Positions 27,807-40,951 of a stretch of 64,000 nucleotides of DNA are shown here, in pieces. The stretch covers positions 51,088,001-51,152,000 of the forward strand of contig NC_043003.1 in assembly GCF_006345805.1 (NCBI RefSeq), read 5' to 3'. Within the stretch, counting starts at the first letter, position 1; each line of letters starts with the position of its first letter. Position numbers and translations under genes: made by a program. The DNA is from Octopus sinensis. Lineage: Eukaryota. The notes under the pieces are model-generated. The model saw nothing but the letters and a program-made list of their open reading frames with translations. It did not search any database and had not been told where the DNA came from.

Positions 27807-27891
27807 CTATTGACAATGAAACCAACGATCATTAATAACAGGCCTATCCCAAAAACAGCCAGTAAGATGTACACATAAATGGGAATGCCCT
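27807..27891 (-). CDS. Receptor GC transmembrane exon (QGIPIYVYILLAVFGIGLLLMIVGFIVNR)
   Basis: ttgcAG / GTAAG, phase 1/2, 85 nt; one hydrophobic run of about 23 aa at the expected position. Confidence 0.9.
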
Positions 27892-29333
27892 CTGCAAGAT
27901 AAAAGTAAAAGAATGGATAAAAATAAATGGATTTTAAGTAAATGTTGGTAAGTTAAAAATTGTGTGTTGATGACTGGCAAACTAGAGTAATCCGGATTCG
28001 ATCCCTGGTGGAATATGTTTCATTTACACACTATAGCCGTCGAAGAGACGTATAAATGTGAGGTACATGTAACTACTATAGTCTCTCTACATCGAACCTC
28101 TGAAGTTGATAAGCTTGATCATGCGAAAAATTGATCGATATATTCAGTTTATTGCATTCATAGATGAGATAAATATTTTAATCAAGTTATATGTCGTATC
28201 GACAATATTTTTTTATGGGTCTTGGAAGAGACATTACACCAAGAATAACACTCGCACTGGTTCAATACCACTTCTCTATTGTTAGTCAATTGCCCATTCT
28301 CTCTCCAAAGTCTCAGAGAAGAAGGAGTCACTAAGTTACTGAGAAGGTCGCGAACGACGACGAAAAAAACTTAGTCTAACAAAAGAACAAAAGAACTTTG
28401 GCTAACAAAAAAACCGATTGATTGTTTAACCAGCACATTAAACAAACGATCGACTTTTTTAACTGGTTAGATAGCTGAAACTAATTAACTAACGATAAAG
28501 AAGTGGCATTTGTTATTGTTGACGTAATAACTCTCCCAAGACACAACAAAATTTGTTTCAATACATGAATTCACATCAGGAATCTTGCAAACGAAAAACA
28601 AAAACGAAGACAATATAATTGTTTAGAGAAAATATAATTCTTATGTTTGTTATAAGCTTCTTAGCAAGCGTCATAAAGAAAGAAATATATTGTTTGAATC
28701 GAAAGCACATCGCAGTTGACGCTATGATGCAGTTTTCATACATGACTGACGATGATAACGTCCTTTCCATTTGAAGTTACTAATGCCATCGGGAAGTGGT
28801 GAAAGGTATTTTCTTTTTAAATAAAAAGAAATCATTGACGATTTATTGGTGCCATTTATGATTGTAGGAACTAAAACTCTTACAAAAGGAGTATCTGTTT
28901 TTACTCTCCAAAATATGTACACTACGTACACAACAGACTCTTGTTTCTACATCTGTTTTTTTTTTTTGTTAGTCAACTAAAAAAATAAAAGCAGAAATGT
29001 CTCAGAGAAAACGAAACAATAAAAGAACTTTAATTGGGAAGAAAGAATAAAATGAAAGAAAGACATAATAAGCGGCTATTTTCGAAGAAATTAGGCTAAG
29101 GTCAGTGCTTCCAGTGTGAAGACATCAATAATTACATTCACCAACATTGTTGTATACAACAGGCATATAGACACAGACATAGCCAAATGGTTAAGAAGCT
29201 CGCTTTGCAACCGCGAAATTTCGGTTCAGTCCCACTGTGCAACACTTTGGACAAGTGACTTCTACTATAACCCTGGTCCCACCAATGCCTTGGGAGCAAA
29301 TTTGGTAAATGGAAACTGTGTAGAAGCCTGTCC

Positions 29334-29366
<33 letters not shown>

Positions 29367-29874
29367 AGGCGCAATGGTCCAGTGGTTAGGGCAGCGGACT
29401 CGCGGTCGGAGAATCGCGGTTTGTGTGTGTTTATTGAGCGTAAACACCTAAAGCTCCACGAGGCTCCGGCAGGGGGTGGGGGTGGCGACCCTTCTTGTAC
29501 TCTTTCGCCCCAACTTTCTCTCACTCTCGCTTCCTGTTTCTTGAGTAACGCTGCGATGGACTGGCGTCCCGTCCAGCAGGGGGGAACACATACGCCACAG
29601 AAACCGGGAAACCGGGCCCATGAGCCTGGCTAGGCTTGAAAAGGGCGCATAAATAAAATTATATATATATATATATATAAATAGATGAGTGTATTTTACC
29701 TTGTTAACAATTAACACGGAAAAAATAAATAAATAGTTACCAGGGCAGCAAAAATCTCACAAGTAAATATGTTGTAACTCCTTGTTATAAAGGTTGAAAC
29801 TTCGTGTTTACGTTGAATATTTTGAATAATATGGATAAAAAATGGAGTTAATGCAGGTTTAAACAACAATTTTT

Positions 29875-29960
29875 ACTTTCTACATATGTTTCGAAAATTC
29901 CACTGATACTATTCAAATGAATAAAAGGTATAAACAATGCAATCTTCTCTTCGGGAAAGT
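29875..29960 (-). ncRNA. Type I hammerhead motif, U4C core variant
   Basis: actttc-CCGAAGA-gaagatt...aattttc-GAAA-catat-GTA/gaaagt. Stem I is a perfect 6 bp, stem II 7 bp, and stem III is the palindrome ACATATGT. Confidence 0.65.
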
Positions 29961-30945
29961 GAAAAAACGAAACTCGTCAATACGACATTTTAGCAAAAAA
30001 TGATGGATTCGTATAGCGATAGACAGAACGCTATTAATATTGTTTAAAAAAACGTTATATGATATAACGTCATAAGTAGCTAACAGAAAGAGTAGAGATA
30101 TTAATAGTGAATGTTAAATATAAAGGAAATTAAAGTTTAAACTATATATAATGATAGAGACTACTTATATGCACTAAAAGTATGTTTCTGCCAATGCTTA
30201 CATCTGTATGCTCGTTCTATAACCGTGTTTACTAGAGTATTTTTAGAAAAAATAATGAAAAATAGCTCAGAATTGCAGAGAAGACAGAATTTCTTGCCTT
30301 TGTCATATGGTATCGAAATTGAGAGGATCAACCTTTCTAAATGAAATTGTTCATTGAGGTCTTTTAAATCCCAAATCAATTTGCTGAGACCGGTACTATT
30401 CCGTTTATTTCTATCCCTAAATGTTGAGTAATGGATAGAAATTCTTTTAGATAACTCTAACGATGTGTGTAAAATCGTACTTTATTACGAGTACTGATTA
30501 TACACTGGTATATAGAATTTTTAATCTTAGAGTTACTTGACATAAATTTAATTCTATTGGAATTGACTTCAGATACAATAACCTTGTTATTAATATTTCT
30601 AGAGGGTTGGATGGTATAAGCTAAATTAATGTTAGTATTAGTAAATGTATTAATATTTAACAGTTTGTTATTATGAGAAGATATATATACATATGTGTGT
30701 TTATGTTTGTCCTCCACCACCGCCTGATAGCCAGTTTGTTTACTTCCCCTCGAAAGATAGCAGTTCAGCAAAAAACACCGATAAAATAAGTAGCAAACTT
30801 TGAAATAGGTACTGGGGTCGATTTGTTTGACTAAACCCTTCGAGGCGATGCCCCAGCATGACTGCAGTCCAATTACTGAAACAAGTAAAAGACAAAAGAT
30901 ATGCAAAGATCATGAGTTCAGCAACATTTGTGTTTTTATACATAC

Positions 30946-31090
30946 GTCTTTTAATACAAGCCGGATTGTCTCCAAGAAATCCACAACGAGGTTCATTGGG
31001 AGGAGGCTCCAGTAAATTTCCAGGCCAGTGAATTTTTACGTCAGGGACAGGTTCATAATAGGGTTTGTTAGCAAGATAATGACCCACGAC
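30946..31090 (-). CDS. Receptor GC exon, extracellular juxtamembrane (VVGHY...IHWPG...PRCGFLGDNPAC)
   Basis: AG/GTATG, phase 0/1, 145 nt; I.WP..PP.D/E.P.CGF...C motif. Confidence 0.93.
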
Positions 31091-31150
31091 CTAAATGAAA
31101 AGCAAAGACGTATAACGTATGTATGTATGTGTATATATATATTACGTAAG

Positions 31151-31209
<59 letters not shown>

Positions 31210-31426
31210 TCTGTGTATAGATATATATATAATATATATGCATATAAGTGTATATAATGTGTGTGCATACCTTGTGCTTATATACGTATATGCTTTATGT
31301 ATAAACATATGTGCTTATAAGTGCATACGTTTGTGTGTGAGTGCGCGTGTTTATGCATGTATATATGTATATGTACATATGTACATATATATATATATAT
31401 ATACATACATATATATATATATATAT

Positions 31427-31569
<143 letters not shown>

Positions 31570-32475
31570 TGATATATTGGTAGGAGTTATATTATTATTT
31601 AATAACAGTTTGATTCGGCTCCATACAGCTTAAAAGTTTCGTAACTAACTCGTCGTATGTGTGTGCGCGCGCGTGTGCGTGCGTGTTTGTATTACCATGG
31701 TAACTTTTTAGCTCTACGACTTGTAGTTAGTCTTCCTGCCACTCAAAAGCAATAGAAGCACTCGTTGTGGATCATCGCTTCCAACATCATCAGCATCTCT
31801 CACTTTTCAATCGCAGCAGATCTAGCAGAATCTTTTTCCCTTCCATCAAACTCCAGTCAGTATTCTCTAGCCTATTAAGAATTTTTGCAGAAAGCTTCAA
31901 CAGTATTCTGTGTGATATCTCCCGAACATGTTATCTACGGATGGGCTCCAGCCTTCTCTCAAATCTGGATGAAAACCCTTTTTGTCAAACTACTTCTAAC
32001 CTATATTCTGTCAACTCTCTTAAATTTTTGCTTTATATCTCCGATACACTTTATCTTCATTAAACTGATCGCTGTTACATCTAACAACACAGACTCCTGT
32101 TCATGTTGATACAGTTCATTCCTTCTTTATCTTCAGAATTGAAACATTATCTACATGCAATCTAGACGCCAAACTCCAGACTGTTACTGCTACCATGAAG
32201 GAATACTTAGATGACATCATCCATTGAAGACATACCAACATCTTTCATCAATATAAAGACACAATCTATGCACATATCAATAAACAGTATTGATATTTAA
32301 ATTATGCTTGAATGACTTTATCCTCTCACGAAGCCAGCACAATCCACGAAAAGAACTGACAGAAAACAGACTAAAAACTATTTCGTAATAGTATATGTGC
32401 TATATTTCCCGAGCGGTTATACTCTCGACAAATACTCTACAACTCCAAGAATAATCAATCTCACCTGAAACTCAC

Positions 32476-32567
32476 CTGAAATTTCCCAGTGATAGGATTC
32501 ATATCCAGAATTGAGAAACTTGATTCTCGGTCTCCGTTATCATCAATAACCACTTCTCCAGTTATAC
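32476..32567 (-). CDS. Receptor GC exon (GITGEVVIDDNGDRESSFSILDMNPITGKFQ)
   Basis: AG/GTGAG, phase 1/0, 92 nt; G.TG.V.ID.NGDR motif. Confidence 0.93.
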
Positions 32568-32766
32568 CTGAAATAATTATTGAATTACACTTTCCTTATT
32601 GTATCATTTAAATTATCAACAGTAGACGTAAAACTGACATAGAGGGTTTGCATTGGCGCTAAAACAAAAAAAAACTGCGACTAGAACATTTATCAGTTAT
32701 TGGCAATGAAGTAATGAGTAAATGAAATAAATAGAATTTGGTAGTGCAGAATTGTATAGCTGTTAC

Positions 32767-32902
32767 CTGTAAAATTACGATTCCACATTCTTCTAGTGAT
32801 GTCGGTACTATTCCGAATGTTTCCACCACTTTCAAGTGTTTCGTTAAGAGCGTAACCATACAAAATTGCCGAATCATAAAAAGTACCAATGAGATAATTT
32901 GC
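32767..32902 (-). CDS. Receptor GC exon (ANYLIGTFYDSAILYGYALNETL...MWNRNFT)
   Basis: AG/GT, phase 0/1, 136 nt; NPR-type FYD.I.LY.ALNETL and MWNR.F.G motifs. Confidence 0.93.
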
Positions 32903-33890
32903 CTGTAAATAATACATAATGTGATCTTAAATATTATATATTATTTTCAATTTTTGGCACAAGGCCAGTAAGTTTTTAGGGGACGGATATGTCGATTCAT
33001 CGACTCTAAAGTTCATCTAGTAATTATTTTATCAACCCCGAAAGGATGAAGTCAACCTCAGCGGAATTTGAACTCAGAACGTAAAGACGGGCGAAAGCCG
33101 CTAAGCATTTTGCCCGGCGTTCTAACGATTCTGCCAGCTTGCCGCCTTAAACTTAAATATAATATTTTGACAGAAAAAGGGACATTTCGCGCAGCAAATG
33201 TACTGAAGTAGTTAACGCCAATAAAATGAATTACTTCAATGGCTCAGAAGAGTCGCTACAAGTACCTGACAGTTTCTGTTACCTGCGTGTATTGATCGGC
33301 ATTAGAGAGGTTCTCCTCAAATGTAACAGCCAAAGTAACTATAAAAAAGGGGAAAATTCAGGGATCAGTATAACCTCTGTTGGTGTTAAATGGAGTGTCT
33401 CACTGAGTGGAGGGAAAACTACGAGCTGTCTGTGTATGAAGAATTTAAAACAGTACTTAAAACAGATTCTCGCCGTCATCACTCCGAGTTTCACGTTGCC
33501 TCTTTTTGATATGACTGAAATATTTAAATTACAGGCTTCTAAATACTAAAATTCTAAAATTTTAAATTAGACAGTAAACATTTGACGATTGTTAACTTAT
33601 TCTAATAAACACCACCTTTCTATAAGTATATTATATTTAATGTTATACAGCGTTAGATCCGCTTCTGTTTTTTCTCTCACATCCCTCTATGTTTCTTAAT
33701 CTTTCCTTTTCTTTTCCTTTTCCACTATGTCTATTTCTGTGTACATATCTCTGTCTTTTTAATCTTTGATTTGTCTCACTCATTGGACTGTGGACTTGCT
33801 GGAACAAGCCTTGAAAAGTTTTAGTCGAAAAGTGGATCTTATTCTATCGGTCTCTTTTGCCAAACCGCTAAGTTACAAGAACGTAAACAT

Positions 33891-34054
33891 AGGCGCAGGA
33901 GTGGCTGTGTGGTAAGTAGCTTGCTAACCAACCTCATGGTTCCGGGTTCAGTCCCACTGCGTGGCATCTTGGGCAAGTGTCTTCTGCTATAGCCCTGGGC
34001 CGACCAATGCCTTGTGAGTGGATTTGGTAGACGGAAACTGAAATAAGCCTGTCG

Positions 34055-34087
<33 letters not shown>

Positions 34088-34833
34088 TTGTGTGTCTGTG
34101 TTTGTCCCTCTAGCATTGCTTGACAACCGATGCTGGTGTGTTTACGTCCCCGTCACTTAGCGGTTCGGCAAAAAGAGACCGATAGAATAAGTACTGGGCT
34201 TACAAAGAATAAGTCCTGGGGTGGATTTGCTCGACTAAAGGCGGTGCTCCAGCATGGCCGCAGTCAAATGACTGAAACAAGTAAAAGAGTAAAAGAGTAA
34301 AAGAGACCAACACGGTTTGTCACACGGTGTGTGACAAACAGACATAAATATACTCACACACACAATCAATATATATCCAAGGCTGGTGTTGTGAGTCAAA
34401 ATACATATTAACATTTAGAATTTCTCTTTTCTCTTTTCTCTTTTACTTGTTTCAGTCATTTGACTGCGGCCATGCTGAGGCACAGCCTTTTAGTCGAGCA
34501 AATTGACTTTGGAAGCCTAGTACTTGTTCTATCGGTCTCTTTTGCCGAACCGCTAAGTTACGGGGACCTAAACACACCAGCATCGGTTTTCAAGCGATGT
34601 TGGGGGAACAAATACAGACACACAAACATATACATACACATACATACTCATACATATACATATATATCCGACGGGCTTCTTTCAGTTTCCGTCTACCAAA
34701 TCCACTCACAAGGCTTTGGTCGGCCCGAGGCTATAGTAGAAGGCACTTGCCCAAAGTACCACGCAGTGGGAATGAACCCAGAACCATGTGGTTGGTAAGC
34801 AAGCTACTTACCACACAGTCGCTCCTGCGCCTT
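33891..34833. mobile_element. Inverted pair of a second SINE family (33891-34305 plus; 34425-34833 minus)
   Basis: Head aggcgcaggagtggctgtgtggtaag, internal microsatellite, tail ggcggtgctccagcatggccgcagtcaaatgactgaaacaag(taaaagag)n. Other copies at about 5300, 42420 and 61760. Confidence 0.88.
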
Positions 34834-36924
34834 ATGGAAAAACTATTTGCAAAGTTAATTTATAATGAAATGCCGTTAAGTATTTTGACCGGCGTGCTAA
34901 CGATTATTTCTTTATTGCCCACAAGGGGCTAAACATAGAGGGGACAAACTAGGACAAGCAAAGGGATTAAGTCGACTACATCGACCCTAGTGCGTAACTG
35001 GTACTTATTTAATCAACTCCGAAAGGATGAAAGACAAAGTCGACCTCGTCGGAATTTGAACTTAGAACATAAAGACAGACGAAATACCTATTTCTTTACT
35101 ACCCACAAGGGGCTAAACACAGAGAGGACAAACAAGGACAGACAAACGGATTAAGTCGATTATATCGACCCCAGTGCGTAATTGGTACTTATTTAATCGA
35201 CCCCGAAAGGATGAAAGGCAAAGTTGACCTCGGCGGAATTTGAACTCAGAACGTAGCAGCAGACAAAACACCGTTAGGCATTTCGCCCAGCATGCTAACG
35301 TTTCTGCTAGCTCGCCGCCTTAGCTATGTCGTTAATGATAAACTTTAGAATCTCAATATTTAGAATATTTTGATGAAGTATTTATCACTTGCATAAGCTT
35401 GTAATTCAAATAAAGATTTTGGTCATATGGAAAAACGATAACACGAAACTCAGAAAAATGACGGTAAAAAATTTAATTGCTGTTATAAGTGTACGCACAC
35501 GCGAGTATGTTAACGTGTGTGTGTTCTATTTTCATAAAATATATCCAATAAAATAAAAACAGTAGGCTATAAAAATATGACTCATTGATATTCTGGCAAT
35601 TATAAACTTTTATCTTAATAATAACAATTTTTACTAGCATTTATGCAAACTAATGGTAGTGATTCACATGCTGAACTTCAAACTAATTGTTTAAATTGCC
35701 TATTTTTACTGCTCAGCAAGCATCAAATTTTGCAGAATATACAGTGTCTATTTTCCGTGACTAGATTGTACTTAATTTTTCTAAAGTTTACTGTCCAAAC
35801 ATTTGGTACTATAACCACCTTCACCAGCAATTATAAGTATATTACGTACAAGTTCTAAAGAAAATGTTCGCTAATGATTTATTTTCGCTAACTTTTTCAA
35901 ATCTCCTGTTTGCTTTCTGACCCAGATTCGATCGATATCAGTTTTATTATATTTACATTTGCGTGTACATATGTGCATATGCAGCCAGGTATATATGTGC
36001 ACATTGAGGCACGTCCGAATGTTCACACAGAAGCATGTACATATATGCACAGGCATTACTGAACGTACATATGCACGTATATAAATATGCAACAAAACCT
36101 TCCAACACTAGAAACTCTGAAATAGGTATTACCCTAGCCATACTTAGAATGCCAATGAACAATCACGCATTGTCGATATATGATATAATACAAGCAACGG
36201 AATGACTATATCTGTTTCTCTGGTTTTACTTAAAAATTTTCCATATATGTTTGCACTTATAAATGGATGAATGGATAAAATTTCTTAGGAATGTATAGAT
36301 AAATAAATTCAGAGATTTAACACTAATAAATACGCGTAGAAGTGAGTGCGCCTACGTCTAAGTGGGTTCATCTACTGAATTAACTAGCAATGAGTACGAC
36401 TAATTTTTTACGGTTTTTTTACGTAGCATGTTGTTACACGCATTGTTGCCAGCTTGCTGACTAGTCCGTCTCAAGATTATCCATTCACAGTTAAGTAGAT
36501 TGGAGTAACGTGGAATGTAGTATTTTGCTCAGGTACACAAAACATCGCCGGTCAGGGAATAGAAACCATGACCTTGCGATCGTAAATGTGCACTCCGTCG
36601 GTTACGAAAATGATGGTTCCAGTTGATCCGATCGATGGAACAGCCTGCTCGCGAAATTAATGTGCATGTGGCTGAGCACTCCACAGATAAGTGTACCCTT
36701 AACGTAGTTCTCAAAGAGATTCAGCATGACACAGAATGTGACAAGGCTCGCCCTTTCAATACTCATCTTTGCTAGCTGAGTGGACTGGAAGAACGTGGAA
36801 TAAAGTGTCTTACCCATGGACACAACGCGTAGCCGGGAATTGAACTCAGGACCTTAGGACCAGGAGCCAAACACCCTAAACACTAAGCCACTCGCCTTCA
36901 CCTACATACATACATACATACATA

Positions 36925-36969
<45 letters not shown>

Positions 36970-37123
36970 TACACATACATGCATACATACACACACATAT
37001 ATATATATATATACACATACATGCATGCATACATAAATACATACATACATATATATATATATATACACATACATGCATACATACATACATACATACATAC
37101 ATACATACATAGTATGTACATGC

Positions 37124-37185
<62 letters not shown>

Positions 37186-37399
37186 TTGTTATTTATCTAA
37201 ACAAGTGGAGAAATAGAAGAAATGAAGTTGAAAATGCACAGAGAATATATTAGAAGGATTAATTAGAATTTAATTATATTCTAAAATATAGAAATACATT
37301 TGACCGGTTTCACATTAAATTTTCAAAAATGTATAGTGTCAGGTGTTGTGTCGCGAATTATGTCTATTCTTGACAATGTTATACAAACTGTCTTTAAAG

Positions 37400-38660
37400 T
37401 AAGAAAGTGGCTCAGAATGCTATCCTTTATCTGATCTGGCAAAGTTTCTACAGCTGGATGCCATTCCTAACGCCAACCACTTTTACGTGCCACCGGCAAG
37501 AAGGCCAATCAGGCGGTACTGGCACCAGCCACGCTCAAATGGTGCTTTTTACGCGCCACCTGCACAGGAGCCAGTCCGGAAGCACTGGCAACGACCATGC
37601 TCGAATGGTGCTTTTTACGTGCCACCAGTACGTGAGCCAGTCAGCGGCCCTGACAACGATCGCGCTCGAATGGTACTTTTAACGTTCCACTGACACGGAT
37701 GCCAATCAAGCGGTACTGTCATCGGCCACAACAGCGAGTTCAGTTGCGTCAACAGGTCTTCGCAGGCGTAGTTTATTGTCCAATGATTGAAGAGTACTTT
37801 TAAATAGGCTGGTTATACACCACTGGCATAGGCCACAGGTTATGGTCTCACTTGGCTTGCCGAGTCTTCTCAAGCACAGTATATCTCCAAAGGTCTCGGT
37901 CACTTGTCATTGCCTCGGTGAGGCCCAATGTCGAAGGTCGTGCTTCACCACCTCTTCTCAGATTTTCCTGGGTCTACCTCTTCCACAACTGTCCTCATCC
38001 ATTCGCAACACATGACCATACCGGCGCAGTCGTCTCCCTTGCACATCACATCTGATTCTTCTTAAGTCCAACTTTTCTCTCAGGGCGCTTACACTCTGTC
38101 GAGTATGCACACTGACATTACACATCCAGCGGGGCATATTGGCTTCATTCCTTGCAAGCTTACGCATGTCCTCATCAGTTACGGCCCATGTTTCACTGCC
38201 ATGTAGCATGGCTGTTCGCACACATGTATCATACAGTCTACCTTTTACTCTGAGCGAGAGGCCCTTTGTCACCAGTAGAGGTAGGAGCTCTCTGAACTTT
38301 GCCCAGGCTATTCTTATTCTAGCAGTTACACTTTCAGAGCACCCATCCCCGCTACTGACTTGGTCACCTAGGTAACGGAAGCTATCAACTACTTCTAGTT
38401 TTTCCTCCTGGAATGTGACGGAAGCTGTTCTCTGCACCTTTTCAGCTTTTATTGCTCCTGAGCATTTGCCACATACAAAAACTATCTTCCCAGCTAGCCT
38501 TCCTTTGATATTGCTGCACCTCTTATGTGTCCATAGCTTACACCGGCTACATCTTATGGAGTTTCTACCTACGCCTTTTCTACAGATCGAGCAGGGCCAT
38601 CTACCTCAAGGGATTTGTGGTTTGTCTGCCTTCCTAATTATTAAGACTTTGCTTTTTGAT
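37400..38660 (-). mobile_element. 5'-truncated RTE-clade LINE with tandem repeats of about 52 bp in the 3' UTR
   Basis: ORF 37958-38437 reads LEVVDSFRYLG..RIRIAWAKF..LHGSETW, with a Cys-rich finger upstream. The repeats gctcgaatggtgctttttacg lie at about 37480-37700. Confidence 0.85.
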
Positions 38661-38716
38661 ACACACTCTCACACACACACACACACACACACATATACAT
38701 GAAGTTAAATATATGT

Positions 38717-38795
38717 CCGGTCATAGAGTGACCGATGGTTTCGCATCCATAAAGAGTTTAGCTTTATAGACGACTCATCAGACTCCAATGGCCGG
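38717..38795 (-). ncRNA. Type I hammerhead ribozyme motif, canonical core
   Basis: Minus strand reads ccggccattggagt-CTGATGA-gtcgtctataaag-ctaaact-ctttatggatgc-GAAA-cc-atc-g-GTC/actctatgaccgg. Stems I (extended), II and a short III all pair; cleavage is predicted between 38730 and 38729. Confidence 0.8.
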
Positions 38796-38844
38796 GGGCA
38801 TATAACTTCTTTTCAAACTGGAGATTGAAAACCGGTAACGACCA

Positions 38845-38916
38845 CTGGAATTTGACGAGTCGTCTCTATAGCTAAGCGCTTTATGGATGCGAAACCATTG
38901 GTCACTCTATGACCGG
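38845..38916 (+). ncRNA. Degenerate hammerhead copy (inverted partner of 38717-38795)
   Basis: tggaat-TTGACGA-...-GAAA-ccattg-GTC/actcta; C3U core change and a mismatch in stem I. Confidence 0.55.
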
Positions 38917-39900
38917 ACATCTATTTAACTTCATGTAAATACATTACTGCTCTAACCTTTAGAGTGTGCTTCTCTTTCGGATATATGATGCACTGACTAT
39001 ACACAAACATATACATATATACATACTTACATACATATATACATATGTGTGTGTATACATGCCTCCATGTGTGTCTGTGTGTGTGTACTTTTGGTGTGAG
39101 AGTTATGTTTAGCTAAGTAAAGTAAAGTTTCATTAATGCATGTATGAAGGAACTAAAATATTCCATAATAAAAGTATAAAAGAATGAAAGTATTCGATAA
39201 TAATATTAAACCAATGGTCTAATCTATTGTTTATGTCTCTCGTTTTGTTGCTTCTTTGAACAAGCTCTTAATCTGACACGCCTCAATTGATTTAACTGCT
39301 GAGAATATAAGTTATATACTGATGTCATATTCTTAAAGGCATTCATCTCTAGTCGATTTAACGCTACTGAATTCTCTGCTAAACACCGTCTTTGAGAGTC
39401 TGTGTAGATCGTGATATATCTATCATATTTTAATCAATTCCAAATAAACATTAATGCTATTCAGCTTGACCAGCCTCCTTCAACTTTTATGGATTCACAG
39501 AGTAAAGAATGTCTCTCTCACTCTCTCTCTCTTTCTCTATCTATCAATAAATCTATCTTGCTCTATTTCCCGTTTCCTTCTTTTCTATTCGAACTACGAA
39601 GGCATGAAATTAAATGAAAGCTAAGTGGTTATAAACAATAGGACTGATTTAGCATGCAGGACACTCATCTAAAGTAAATGTATACAAGTGGTTTATATGC
39701 ACATATGGTAGAGTCTCACATATATAATATAGTGAATGGTGGGGAATCGATTAACTGTGGTTATCCTTGCAATTGTAGAATACAAACACCCTTAAGGAAT
39801 GTTTTAAATCTAAAAACAAGCAAGGAAGATAATGCAGATATCAGCTAATCTACTGGAGGATAAAGACAAACAAATAGTAATAGAGTTGGCTTTCAAACCG

Positions 39901-39945
39901 CGTTGCTGGACGTGTTTCGATCTTGTTGGATCTCATCAGCGAGAC
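39901..39945 (-). ncRNA. Hammerhead core with weak stem I
   Basis: CTGATGA-gatc-caacaa-gatc-GAAA-cac-GTC. The core and stem II are perfect, stem III is minimal and stem I pairs poorly. Confidence 0.55.
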
Positions 39946-40094
39946 ATGGTCATCTTAGTTGGCAGGATGACGATTTGATTAGTATAGAAATAGGGGCTAA
40001 GTAGGGTTGTACTGGTTATAAATCTCTATAATAGAACTGAAGGAAAAATACCACAGGGCACGTTCTGCATAAAATACACACACACACACACATG

Positions 40095-40158
<64 letters not shown>

Positions 40159-40527
40159 TGTGTGTGTATGTTGTACATTCTCATTATATGTAATTAGGTG
40201 AGTTGAAAAACTTCGATTAACTGACTTTATCCTTGCAATTAAGAAGTAAGATTTCACTCCAGTGGGGGGAGGCAGTATGTGTGCGTTTGCTTGTGTGTGT
40301 GTATGTGTATTTATGCGTGAACGTGCGTGCGAGCGTGCGTGCGTGCATGTGTGTGTGTGTTTGTGTGTGTGTGTTTGTGTGTGTGTGTGTATTTATGCGT
40401 GTACGTGCGTGCGTGCAAGCGTGCGTGCGTGCATGTGTGTGTTTGTTTCTCTGTGTGTGTGTGTGTGTGTGCATGTGTGCGCGTGCGTGTGTGTGTGTGT
40501 GTTTGAGTGTGTGTGTCTGTGTGTGTT

Positions 40528-40580
<53 letters not shown>

Positions 40581-40649
40581 ACGTGTGTGTGTGTGTGTGT
40601 GTCTGTGTGTTTTAATCTAAAGCAACGAACAAGGGAAGGGAGGATATAC

Positions 40650-40951
40650 CTTTTCTTCTCCGAAGGTGAAGTTATATTTTCTTTGAGCTACTTCTTTCAC
40701 GTTCTTCTCAAATTCATCCCACTTCTCTCCATATTGAATGTAAAGCGACACTCGGAGTAAAGCTTCGAACGCCTTCTTAGCAATGATATCCTGGCCGTCC
40801 ATTCTTTTCCAGTCATGGTTTCCAACGTATTCACCATCAAACAAAAACATGACTATGTCGATAAAGACATACTGACCGTCAATGTAACCCATATTGTAGG
40901 CTTCCAGTAGAAATTTCCTCTTCGTTTCTCCGGGAACTATTAAGAGAATTA
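40650..40951 (-). CDS. Receptor GC exon, ectodomain (IILLIVPG...YVFID...AFEALL...NFTFGEEK)
   Basis: Acceptor cttttAG, donor GTATAT, phase 1/0, 302 nt; lies within ORF 40617-41294. Confidence 0.92.

Larger units (their letters stand above)
38696..38998. mobile_element. Fold-back (inverted terminal repeat) Penelope-like relic carrying two hammerheads
   Basis: Arms at about 38696-38793 and 38840-38937 (roughly 98 bp, about 11 mismatches), flanked by AC/AT microsatellites. Confidence 0.7.
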
